The position numbers were made by a program, and so were the translations under genes. A stretch of 64,000 bases of DNA, taken from the NCBI RefSeq assembly GCF_009914755.1, contig NC_060928.1, one strand, 5' to 3'. Within the stretch, counting starts at the first letter, position 1, and each line of letters begins with the position of its first letter. Below, piece by piece: positions 39,818-52,129 of the stretch. Source of the DNA: the human T2T-CHM13v2.0 reference genome, Homo sapiens. Under the pieces are notes generated by a model. The model was not told where the DNA came from. It saw nothing but the letters and a program-made list of their open reading frames with translations, and did no database searches.

Positions 39818-42800
39818 TAAGGCCAATGCCCGCCCATTCTGAATGGATCACCGGTGGCTTATCACAATTTCTAGACGCAATACTCAACTTAAATAGAAAA
39901 TGATTCTCAGAAGCTAAAAGGCTTTCAGTTTTCAGGGTTTCTTTCCTTTGTCCTTTACGGTCCTGAACTCAATCAAATTGTCAGAGGACTCCCTCCCATC
40001 ACAAGGATGATGGAAATGGAAATTTGGGTCTATTTATTTTTGAAAAGAAAGCGCCATGGGTAGGAAAACTTCACCACTCAGCATTTTATCAACATGCAAT
40101 ACACCAAATCAATCAGAACTTTCTTGCATGAAATACTTTTCTAAAAATACCAAACAGCAAATAAACTTTCTCCTGAGGTCAAATCCTTACTGTAATTGAC
40201 ACTCTTAGTGACATGCTTTCTGTCTATTTTTCCCTATAAATACTTTAAGTGACATTGATGAATTAGACTAAGAGGAAACCATAGGATCTTTTATGCTGAA
40301 ACAGAGTTTATTATTATAGTTTATTATTCATTCATTCCATTACAAAAAACATATTGAGGATTTAAAATTATTCCTCTGAGTTTTTGTATTGTATTTTTCT
40401 TCCATTTTTTGGAGGGGATGCTGGTGGTTTTTTTTTTAAACATTGAGATATAATTCATACATTATAAAAGTAGCCAATTTAAAGTGTATAGCTTTGGTTT
40501 TTCATACATTCATGGAGTTGTACAACTACCAATAAAATTTAATTTTAGAATATTTTCTTCATGCCAAACCAAATTGCCCACTTATTAGAGCCACTCCCCA
40601 TTCCCATCCCTTCCTCCGACCACCAGCTCAGAAAACAACAAATCTACCCTCCTTATCCAAAGATTTGCTTATTCTGGACAGTTCATGTAAATAGAATCAT
40701 ATAAAAAGTGGCCTTTTGTGACTGGATTCTTTCAAGTATGATTATATTTTCAAGGCTTATCCATGCTGTAGCATGGATCAGTATTTCATTCCTTTTTATT
40801 GTTGACTAATATTCCATTGTATGGATACACTGTATTTTTAAAACCTATTCCTTGATATTTATGTTATTTCCTCTTTTGTGCACTGGTTTTTATGTGAACA
40901 TACATTTTCATTTCTCTTGGGTATATGCCTGACAGTGGAATTGCAATGTTACATTGTAACTCATCGGTTAATACTGTGAGGAACTTCCCCATTGTTTTCT
41001 AAAACAGAACATTTTACAATCTCATCAGCAGTGTATGAAAGATTTCTCTAAATTCTCGTCAACACTCATTATTTTCCATCTCTGTAATTACAGCCATCAT
41101 AGTGGACATAAAATGGTATCTCACTGTGGTTTTCATTTGAATCTCTGGGAATGTTGGGGATCTTTTCATGTGTAATAGTATATCTGTATTTTTGTGTATC
41201 TTCTTTAGGGAAATGTGTGTTCAAATATTTTTCTCATTTTTCAGTTAGGTTATCTATCTTTCATTATTGAGTTATCAAAGTTCTTATGTATTCTGGATAT
41301 GGGTCCCTTGTCAGATATACGATTTGCAAATAATTTCTTCCATTCTGTGCATTTTCTCACTTTCTTAATGCTTCCCCTTGAAGCATACAAGTTTTAAATT
41401 TGATCAGGGCTGATTTATCTTTTGTCACTTGTGCATTGGGTGCCGTATCTAAGAATGCTTTATCTAAGCTAAGGTCAGAACAGTTTTATTTTTTTTCTAG
41501 CAGTTCTATAATTTTAGCTTACATTTACATCTATCACCAAGTTAGATTTAATTTTTGTGTGTAAGATAGGGGCCAAACCCATTATATTGCAATGTGGGTA
41601 TCCAGTTGACACAGAATCATTTGTTGAAATGAAAATTCTTCCCCACTGAATTGTCTTGTTGAAAATCAATTGATCAAAAATGTGAGGATTCATTTCGGAA
41701 CTCTCATTTCTGTTTTATGTGCTTATCTTCATGCCAATACCACACTGCTTTGATAACTGTAGCTTGATAGCTGATAATTAAGTTTTTAAATTGAGAAGTA
41801 TAAGCTCTCCAATTCTATTCTGTTTTTCTAAAGATAGTTTTGGCTCTCTTTGGGATCCCTGCATTTCCATGCAAGGAAATTTCCACTCCTATTCCAAAAC
41901 CAGCCTATCACTTTCTGGGAACAATATAATGGCAACTTGGAGTTTAATATGGGTTGCATTTAATCTGTAGATCAATTTGGAAAGTATTTTCATATAAACA
42001 ACATTAAACCTTCTAATCCATTAATGTGTGTTATCTTTCCATTTATATCTTTTATTTTTAAAATAATATTTTGTAGTTATCAGTGTACGTTTTGTTTTTG
42101 TTAAATGTATTATTTTGTCACATTATTTTTGATGCCTTATAGATGAAATTGCTTTAATTTCATTCTTGTATTTTTTATTGCTGCTGTATAGAGATAGAAT
42201 TAATTTTTGCATATTAATCTTATGATGTGCCAAATTGCTGAATTCATTTTAGTTTTACAGTTTTCAGTGAATTCCTTAGAATTTTTTCTCTATATATGTG
42301 ATCATGTAATTTGCAAATAGTTTTACTTTTTGTCTTTTTTTTTCCTAATTGCACCACCTAAAACCTCCAGTACAAAGTTGAATAAATATGGCAACAGTGA
42401 ATACCATTTTGTTGTTTATGATCTTAGAGAGAAAACACCCAGTTTTTCTCCATTAAGAACAATGTCACCTGTGCAGTTTCATGTATTCTCTTTATAAAGT
42501 GGAGAGGGTTTTTATGTATTCATACTGAGTGAATATTTTTATCATTAAAGAATATTAGATTTTGCCATATGTTGCAATTGCATCTATTGATATGAGCATT
42601 TTTGACTTTTAGTCTAAAATATGTTGCAGTATATTGATTGATTTTCAGATGTTAATCCAACATTGCATTCCTGGGATAAATTACACTTGGTCATGGTGTA
42701 TAATTATTTTTATCATCTTGTTGGTTTTGTTTGCTGATATTTTGTTGAGGGTTTGCATTTATATTCACAAGGGATATTGGTCTGAAGTTTTCTTGTGATG

Positions 42801-44574
42801 TCTCTGCCTGTATTTTTGGTTTTGTTTTCAATCAGGGTAATACTGACCTTATAGAATATGTTGGAAAATGTTCTGTCCTCTGCTAATTTTTGTAAGAACT
42901 TGTGAAGGGCTGGTATTATCTTTTTAACAGTTTCATAGGATTAATCAGAGAAGACTTTTGGGCCAGGGCCTTACTTCATAGATCACAAAATTTTCTAATT
43001 CAATCTCTTATTTTTTATAGGTCTATTCAGATTTTCTATTTCCTCTTGTGTTAGTCTAATTAGTTTATTATTTCTAGGATTTTGTGCATTTTTATCTAAC
43101 TTATCCTATATTTGCCATGTAATATTTCCTTATAATTCTTTATTTCTATAAATCTAGTATTAATGTCCCTTTTTAAATTCCTGATTATAATTTAAGTCTT
43201 CTTTCTTCATTTTCTTGGTCAACTAGCTAAAGATGTGTCATTTTTGTTGATCTTTTCTGGGAAAAACTTCTGGTTTCATTGGCTTTCTCTACTGATTATC
43301 AATGTTTCTGCTATAATATTTGTTATCTCCTCCTTTTTCCTGTTTTTGATTTAGTTTACTCTTCTTTTCTGATTTCTTGAAGTGGAAGGTTAGGATATTG
43401 ATTTTTTTCTTTTACCCTGTAAGCATTTACAAGTTTTCCTCTAAGCACTGTTTTAGTTGGATTCTATACATTTTGGTATGTTGTGTTTTTGTTTTTATTC
43501 ATTTCAAAATATTTTCTAATTTCTCTTTTGCTTTCATTGCCTCATTCTCTTTAGGAATGTTGTTTTATGACTAGAATATGATGTGTCCTGGATGATGTTC
43601 CATGTGTGCTTCAGAAGAATGTGTATTGCACAGTTGTTGGACTGAGTGTTCTGTAGATGTCTTTTAGGTCTAGTTAGTTTATAGTGTTGTTGATGTCTTT
43701 TTTTTTTTTTTTTTTTTGCTTATCTTCTGCCTAGTTGGTATATCCATGACTGAAAGTGGGTTACTGAAGTCTAATTATTATTGCTTAATTGTCTGTTCCC
43801 CCATCTATTCTGTCAGTGTTTGCTTCATATATTTTAGGACCATGTTGCTAGGTACATATGTACTTACAATTGCTGTATCTCCTTGATGAATTGATCTTAT
43901 TATAGAATATGACTTTTTCTTTAGTAACACATTTTGTCTTAAAGTCTATTAATATTAGATATTAATATATCCAGTGCAGCTGTGGTTTGGTACTGTTTGC
44001 ATGGCATGTCTTTCAATTCTTTTACTTTCAACCTATTTCTGTCTTTGAATCTAAAGCATGTCTCTTGCAGACTGCTTTAGTTGGATCACACATTTTTGTC
44101 CACTCTGCCAATCTTTGCCTTTTGAGCAGAGTATTTAAACAATTTATATTTAATGTAATTATTTATAAAGTAGAAGTTATAGGATTTACATCTGGCAGTT
44201 TCCTATTTGTATTCTATATATGCCTTATGTCTTTTTTGTCCATTTCTCAATTACTGCCTTTTTGATGTTAAACAGATACTTCCTAGTGTACTATTTTCAC
44301 TGCTTTACTGTTTCCTATATTTTTTGAGTTATCATCTTAGTGATTTTCCTGGTGATTACAGTTAGCTCATAACTTTAAACAATCCAGTTCAAGTTACTAC
44401 TAAACCTCAAAGGTATACAAATCTTTGCTCCAATATGCTTATTTCTCTCTCCTTCTTTAAACTGTGATTGTCCTACAAACTATCTTTATACATTATAAAC
44501 CTATTAATGGTGTTTTATAATTATTGGTTTATGCAATTATTTTTATAAAACAGATAGGATAAGGAAAGGGTTAT

Positions 44575-44959
44575 TGATATAATTTGGCTCTGTGTCACCA
44601 CCCAAATCTCGTGATGAATTCTAATTCCCACTGTTGGAGGTGGGGCCTGGTGGTAGGTGATTGTATCATGGGAGTGGTTTCTAATGGTTTAGCACCATCC
44701 TCCTAGTGCTGCCTCTTGATAGAGTTCTCATGAGATCTGGTTATTTAAAAGTGTAGAGCACCTCCCCTTCACTCTCTCTTCCTCCTGCTCCAGCCATGTA
44801 TGATGTGCCTGCTTCCTCTTCACCTTCTGCCATGATTGTAAGTTTCCTAAGGCCTCCCCTGCCATGTACAGCCTGTGGAACTGTGAGCCAATTAAACTGC
44901 TTTTCTTTATAAAGTACCCAGTGGCAGGTAATTATAGCAATGTGAGAACAAACTAATAC
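44575..44959 (+). mobile_element. MSTA-like solo LTR (ERVL-MaLR) nested in L1
   Basis: tgatataatttggctctgtgtcaccacccaaatctc ... gaactgtgagccaattaaac ... aactaatac. Confidence 0.88.
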
Positions 44960-45845
44960 CATGATAAATATTTTTATACTGTGTTTTATATTTACTTATG
45001 TAGTATACTTTACTGGTGCTCTTTATTAAATTCATGTGGTTTCAAGTGTCCTTTCAGCCTGAACGACTCTTTTTTAAAACCTTCTTGGTAAAGCAGATCT
45101 TCTAGCAACAAATAATCTCCATTCCTCTTTTTAAAAATCCTGGGAATGTCTTAATTTTATATTCATTTATGAAGGCAAGTTTAGCTGAATTCTCAATGAA
45201 CAGTATTTTTATTTCAACACTTTGGACATGCTACCCACTGTCTTCTGACATCCATAGTTTTACATGAGAAGTCAGCTGTTAATCTTATTGAAGATTCCAG
45301 ATAATTGATGTAAATTTTCTCTTGAGGTTTTCAAGAAAAAAAAAAAAAAGGTGTTTGAATTACATCATTTGACTCTGACCATTCTAGCTGTGGGACTTTG
45401 AATCTGTTCTATGTGGAGTTTATTGATCTTGGATGTGTAGATTAATATGTTAAAAATTTTGAAATTTTCCAGTCTTTTTGCCAATGTGTCTCTCTCATCT
45501 CCTCTGAGACTTCTGTTTATTTTGGTACACTTAATGGTGTCCCATAATTCTCTGAGGTTCTGATCATTTTCTTTTTTCATTTCCCATACTGCTTATAAGA
45601 TTGGATTATCTCTATTGACCTATCTTCAAGTTTCTTGATTCACTCTTCTGCCAGCACAAATCTAGTGTTGAGACACTCATATTTTTGTTATTTGTCTTTA
45701 TAAGTTCACAATTTATATCTGCATTTTTAAAGCAAATATAAATTTGATATACTTTATTGATATCTTTTTGGTGAGAGGTAAACATTTTTATTTAGTTCTT
45801 ATATATACATAATTTCTATTTTTATTTTTAAAAATACATTTTTTG

Positions 45846-45946
45846 AAAAATATGGAATGCTTCATGAATTTGTGTTGCATCCTTTTGCAGGGGTGATGCT
45901 ACTCTTCTCTGTATTATTCCAATATTAGTATAAGTGTGATTACTGA
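45846..45946 (-). pseudogene. U6 snRNA processed pseudogene (RNU6-type)
   Basis: aaaaatatggaatgcttcatgaatttgtgttgcatccttttgcaggggtgatgctactcttctctgtattattccaatattagtata is the diverged reverse complement of U6 (ACAGAGA box present, CpGs decayed, 5' end lost or degraded). Confidence 0.9.
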
Positions 45947-46336
45947 TTTTTTTATTTTGTGAGGCATTACTGTCTTTACATTTCTTGAGTGCTTTACACA
46001 TGGTCTTGTTAATTCTTTGAACTTCTCTACAATAACTTAAGACATTGTCTTCTAAGATCAAAATCTGGGACTCCTCAGGGACATTTTCTGTTGGCTGTAA
46101 ATGTGTCATGCTTTCCTTTTTCTTTGCATGTTTCATTTTTTAAAATTGAAAATATTATATATCGTAGCCATTCTGGTATCAGTCCTCAACCCTCAAGATT
46201 TGTTCTTGCTTAGACTTTGAAAATTTTTATTGTTGTTGTTTTTCTTGCTTCTGCTTATTTGTTTAGTGACCTTCCTGAACTAATCCTGTAGATTCTGTAT
46301 TCCTTTCGGTGTGCAGCCACTAAGCACTGTACTATA

Positions 46337-46568
46337 TAGGTTGAGTAGTCCTAATAAAAAAAATCTGAAATCTGAAATGCTCCCAAGTCTGAAATTTTTT
46401 GAGTGTGTTGACGTTATGCAAAAAGAAAATGCTGATTGAAGTGTTTCCGATCTCTGGATTGGAAATGCTGAACTGGTATAGATAGTGCAAATATTTATAA
46501 ATCCTTCCAATTTCAAAATCCAAAACACTTTTTGTCCCAAGCATTTCAGATACTAGATACACAACCTC
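46337..46568 (-). mobile_element. Tigger4a / MER46 (TcMar-Tigger MITE)
   Basis: TIR-like ends (t)aggttgagta ... acaacct; internal aatctgaaatgctcc and gtcccaagcatttcagata. Confidence 0.8.
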
Positions 46569-46620
46569 TCTCCTTCCCTCTCTCTCTCTCTATATATAGA
46601 TATACATAGAAATATCTAGA

Positions 46621-46652
<32 letters not shown>
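46569..46652. repeat. Compound (TC)n/(TA)n/(TATC)n microsatellite
   Basis: Read directly. Confidence 0.9.
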
Positions 46653-46655
46653 CAT

Positions 46656-46900
46656 ATATGTTTGTTGCGGCACTAATCACAACAGCAAAAACTTGGAACC
46701 AACCCAGATGTCCATCAATGACAGACTGGATTAAGAAAATGTGGCACATATACACCATGGAATACTATGCAGCCATAAAAAAGGATGAGTTCATGGTAAA
46801 TGACAAGTTAATGGGTGCAGCAAACCAACATGGCACATGTATACCTATGTAACAAACCTGCACATTGTGACATGTACCCTAGAACTTAAACTATAATTAG
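46656..46900 (+). mobile_element. Short L1PA 3' fragment with ~205-bp internal deletion
   Basis: Aligns to window positions ~6130-6268 and then jumps to ~6474-6578 of the other L1PA. Confidence 0.9.
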
Positions 46901-46939
46901 AAAATATAATTTTTTAATTATAAATATTAATTTACAATT

Positions 46940-47073
46940 AAATTAATTTAATTATATTAATTAAATTAATTATATTAAATTAATTTAATTATATTAATTA
47001 AATTAATTATATTAAATTAATTTAATTATATTAATTAAATTAATTATATTAAATTAATTTAATTATATTAATT
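46940..47073. repeat. 100% AT minisatellite, 37-bp unit, ~3.6 copies
   Basis: Unit AAATTAATTTAATTATATTAATTAAATTAATTATATT starts at 46940, 46977, 47014 and 47051. Confidence 0.92.
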
Positions 47074-47119
47074 TAATTCTGTTCTGTCCCACAGAACAGT
47101 GTCCCACAGAACAGTGAAT

Positions 47120-47682
47120 GTTTTGTCAGAAATCACAGCTGTAAAACCTCTATTCCCTGGGTGCTGTGGCCAGTTAATTTGATTCAGAGCTCAACTCAGT
47201 ATGGAAAAGAGGGGCCCCAACCCCATGGCATTACCAAAACAATAGCAATTTGCTGGCAACATCACAGCTAGTGAAGGCTGTGGTTGAGTTGGAGCAAACA
47301 AGTTGGGGAGGGATTTAAAAAGAAATCCCAGAGAATCAGTTGACCACAGAAAATTCTGAAATGCTGCAACACATTCATGGGGATTTAACTGAAGGGCTAT
47401 GCCTAAGTCCAGGGAAGACATGGGAAAGGAGGCATTAGTCATTTACATTTGACTGACCTTGCAGATATGAACGAGCAGAACCCTGCAGAAGCAGGAAGTG
47501 AAAGCTAAAGAAGTGTTGAAAACTGCCTGAAGTTTGGATGTGCCTTATCACCCTTTGAAAGGTGGTAGATACACAAGAAAGGCATTTAAGAAAATCTTCT
47601 GATGGACCATTGGCTGACCACTAAATTATACTGACCTAGATGTGAGCCCTAGAAAGGCAAACTTAAAAACAAGAAAAAAAAA
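47120..47682 (+). mobile_element. Ancient L1M 5'-region fragment, sense orientation
   Basis: cattggctgaccactaaattatactgacc...ccctagaaaggcaaacttaaaaa resembles the recalled L1M4/L1MB 5' region. Confidence 0.55.
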
Positions 47683-47835
47683 TATAGAGAGCTATATAGA
47701 TATATTTAGATATATGTCTAGATACAGAGATAGAGCTATATATAGACAGATATCTAGATATAGAGATAGAGCTATATAGATATATATATATAGATATATC
47801 TCTAGGTATAAAGATATCTATATATCTCTGTATCT
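47683..47835. repeat. TA/GA-rich low-complexity repeat
   Basis: Repeated tctagata(c/t)agagatagagctatata blocks. Confidence 0.8.
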
Positions 47836-48979
47836 ACTTGTTAATTACCTATCCTATTTATATCTGCATTTTCAAGTAAAATTTATATTTGTCATGCTCC
47901 TTCCATTTTAAAGTTGCTTAGTACCCCCTCTCTCTCTTCCAGGTAAAATATGCATTTGTAAAGGTAGAAGAGATATGAGTATTATTACATAGTTTTTATT
48001 TATATGCTCAAATTTCACATATAAGTTTTTCAGTTGATTTCTATTATTTATTACTTTTTGTTATTGCTTTTCTCAATGTTCTCATCTTTCAAATGTGACT
48101 TGCTTCTATATTTAGTTTATGAAAAATAATTAAATTCCATGAGATTATTCCCTAGCTAGTCTTAGTAATTCTGAATTCCAGATGGAATAAGAGTTACATC
48201 TATTACATTTTAACAAATACGTTTATATACATTCTCTAATATAAGATAGGATATTTCAATTTTATTGCAGTAAATTTATGGCAATAAATTTACATTTATA
48301 TCCTTTATTTACATTATATCCTTTGCATAAAATCAGTCGGTGAATCATGGCTTAAAAATACATCTTCAATTAGTTATGCAGCAATAATGTCCCCAATATG
48401 TATTATCATTTACAATTATAATTTGCTAGATGATACAGATGAGATGTAGTAATGAGTAATATAATTGCCTTTTTAATGCTGTAGTAGGTATGCTGTGGTC
48501 ATTAATTATCAACTTGACTAATTATTATTGGTAACAATTAATCTTTCCTCTGATAATTATTGCTGATGAATATACATGTTTTGCCCCCATTACCTTTTAC
48601 CATGACATGAAGATGATATATGTGATTATTAAACTACAGACTGTCTAAAACAGAGTTAAATAATTTGATATAGTAAAGGTATCCTTGAGCTCAGATAAAT
48701 TTTCATTAAGCCATGGAACTGCAAAAGGCATTTGACCTAATGACATTTTTCAGATATTAAGGTTATCTCATTCCCCACTCTCCCTCGCAGATTTGTTTCT
48801 TTGTATTTCATATATGACGGTGCAGAGCTTCTGGCTGCCTTAAATAGAGGAGTTATTCAGAAGTGTGCTTCTGTAAATGAGAGGGTGTATGTAATCTTAG
48901 CACTGAGAAAAAGGAGTAGAAAAAAAGTCTTACAATGCTAACTCTTAAAAATTCTTCATAGTAATTACCAAATTTCATG

Positions 48980-49344
48980 CAGATGTTCTTCAACTTACGA
49001 GAGGGTTGTATCCTGATAAGCTCATTGTAAGTTGAAAATATCTCAAGTTGAAAAGACATTTAGTACACCTAACCCACCAAATGTCATAGTTTAGCCTAGT
49101 GTACCTTAAAAGTATGCAGAACACTTATATTAGCCTAGAGTGGGGAAAAAATAATCTAACACAGCATATTTTATAATAACATGTTGAACATCTCATGTAA
49201 TTTATTAAGTACTGTACTCAAAGTGAAAAACAGAATGGTTGAATGGATACTCCAAATACACTTTCTACTGAATGCATATAGCTTTTGTAACATCATAAAG
49301 TTAAAAAATTGTAAGTTGAACCATTGTAATTCATGGATCATCTG
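48980..49344 (+). mobile_element. MER47A (TcMar-Tigger)
   Basis: cagatgttcttcaacttacga ... aaagtgaaaaacagaatggttg ... gatcatctg, ~365 bp with CAGATG/CATCTG ends. Confidence 0.88.
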
Positions 49345-52129
49345 TGTTTACAAATACCTGTGACCAATAAAACATTTATAAGAAGAAGGGTAGATCTTGT
49401 ATTTTTTGTGTTCCCAGCACAAGAATAGTGCCTGGCACCCAGTAGATGCCCAAGAAATATTTGCAGAATGTATAATTAAATAGTGAGGTGAGCTAAATGT
49501 TCTGTAACAATGAGAAGCTGATGTAAGCCAGTCATTGGTAATTGTTAATTTTCATCAAAGAGATCATTCAATAAGCTTTCACAAAAATAACCTCTACTCT
49601 AACATTTACCATTCAAATACACTCTGAGAAACATATTGACACTCACTGAGAAAAAAAAATAAATGTGAGACTCATGATACTGATTTTGAACAAAATTTGC
49701 TGCATCTTGGAGCAATAGAGGCTTACACTTGCTATGAGTTTATCAGAAACATTGTCATCAGAACAAACCTAAATTAACTCCTATTTTAAGAAGTCTAAAC
49801 CAGTCAGTCCAGCTTATGCAGAAATATATTATCATAGCAATTATATTAAATGATTGGTCTAAAGTATTTTTAAAAGCAGATATTTGTGTCATTTTACTCA
49901 ATTATTTTGGGGGAACATCTAAAATATATTTTATGGCTCAAAATGGGTTTCCAATATTGTAATCTTAATATATGATGTTGTAATTGTGGGAAACAGGGTT
50001 TAACTTGAGGTTTACTGATTTACGACTATCATCCAAGAAATAATAAAATAATTAGATAATATATTGGTTTCTTTGAAGAGAAAGTATGGGTGGTGAATGA
50101 TGTATTCTTACAAACAATACAGGAGGAATTCATAGGCAGTGGTTTGTCTAAACAAAGAAGGGTTGTAGTAACCCGCAGTTTTTCTTACGATCAATATGAA
50201 CCTGGGAAATGGCACTACTTAAACTAAATATAGGATAAGGTAGTGGAAAGCCCTGTGGTTAAGAGCAGGAATTCCGAGGTCAGGAGACCCTGTGTTGGAG
50301 GCTCATCTCTCTATTTAGTATGAATTTTAACACAAGTTATTCAATTATTCTAAACCTAGTTTCATAATCTTTGAAACACTGGTTATGAAAATAAGATCAT
50401 GTCATGGTATTATGGGAATTTCAAGTAGGTAATGCTTTTATTATGGTTGTATAATAGTGGCTGTATCAAAAGGTTGTTGATAGGATTAAGTATAGGAAAA
50501 TTATTTAGTGTACTTGGCAACATCTAAATAAATACTATGTATTATTTATTATTGCTATTACAAAATATGCACAATCCAAATACTACAGAAACATTTTTAA
50601 ATTACATGTAAATACAGATATAACTTTTAGACAAAACTATTTTCAAAATCAACAGTATCATATTTATTAAATAATTTGTCTCAATCCATCAGTAAGTCTG
50701 TTGAAGAACATTTTTTTGTTTTCTGAAATATTCTCTTTAAGCCTAATTGATATTCTGTCCTCTAATGTGAGGAAGTATGTAAGCAGAAGGATGGTTCATA
50801 GCTAGTCACTTTATTCCTCCAGGTCATTCTAGAGAGAATTTTAATGTGGATTTCACATTGCATCACTGGTATGGGTGGCTTATTTTGTCTGACTCTCTAA
50901 ATAGACTCATGCTGGAAACTTACTCCATTTGTGATGTCCTTCAACATTTGACCAAGCATACTTTGTCAGATTGGTCTAAACTCTATAGTGGTAACAAAAT
51001 TAAAACATTTTATAATCTAGTACAGCCCACTCAGACATCATGCTCTTCTTTTATCTCTACTGAATAAATGCTCATGACTTGGCAAGTATTAAAGATTTAT
51101 CTATTTATTAACATTTTACTCATGAGGATAAAACTCTTGAAATATTACAGCTCATTTTCAAGAATGTCCTTGGGATGGAAAGCAGATATATTTTTTGTCA
51201 CATTACATTTTCAAACCATGTAGGTCACTGTCATAAAGCAGTCACTAGAAAAGTTAAATGAAACCACATTATGCAATAGATTTTTTTCATATTTTAGATA
51301 CATATACATTTATATAATACTTGACTGTAAATTTTGATGGCAGGGCTAAGTACTCTGTGGAGAGATTGCTAAGCTCTTAAGAAGGTAAACAATTTTTGGA
51401 ATGGAAAGAATTGTATTTTTCATTGAATGGTGGCAAAATTTTTGTCTACCTTTATTAAGAAAATTTTATTTATTTTGGTTAAAAATTAAGTGAAAAATAT
51501 GGTAGAGGGTCTTGCCTTGCTATTCCATTTTCTCTGTCTGACTCTTGAATGCTTTATGCATAGAATAGAATTATTGTGGGGGGTAAGGGGGTAGGATGCC
51601 AGTTTATCAGATAGGGCAAAATATCAGTTTTTCATCCCAGTTGGCTCCAGAACATTTGCTAGCAGTCCTCAATTGCTATTGTGAGGAGTGCATTAGGTGC
51701 TAGTGTGGATTTTAGCATGGTGGTTAAGACTGTAGGATTGGAATTGGCCAAGACTGGATTGTATCCAATTTCCATTACTTAATAATCTTTTTCCTTAGTT
51801 AGCTTATGTGTAAAAAGGGTGTAATAACAGTGTGTTACTGGATGGTTGTATGGGAAAAAAAGGATAGTTTAGTACAACACCTAGAAAATATAAGCACTTA
51901 TAAAAATAAAAGCTATTATTTCCCCTCACATTATAACATTCCCTCAATAAACTATGATTCTCTAAAAAATTAATTTATCTATTTCTCTTTTTCAAAATTT
52001 ATTTTTTCAGGCTGGGCCACTTATTACCTAGAAGAGTAAATTATGTGAGCATAATTCCCATTCCTGAATTAATGCTTTTTATTTGTTACACTTTAAATAT
52101 GGTAGGTTTCTTTTCTTAGTTCATGATAA

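Larger units (their letters stand above)
40430..46325 (-). mobile_element. Near-full-length ancient L1 (L1MB7/8-like) with nested MSTA and U6 insertions
   Basis: Antisense 3' end at ~40430 (attgagatataattcacatac), T-rich ORF2 remnant, and an ORF1 remnant in ORF 45365-45580 (QNLRELWDTIK resembles L1 ORF1p). Confidence 0.85.

Noticed and set aside
45846-45946. Functional U6 snRNA gene
   Set aside because: Many substitutions, a degraded 5' end, and no upstream PSE/TATA; embedded in L1.
46940-47073. CRISPR-like periodicity (35-37 bp repeats here and at 39748)
   Set aside because: Head-to-tail repeats without spacers, no cas genes, and mammalian DNA.
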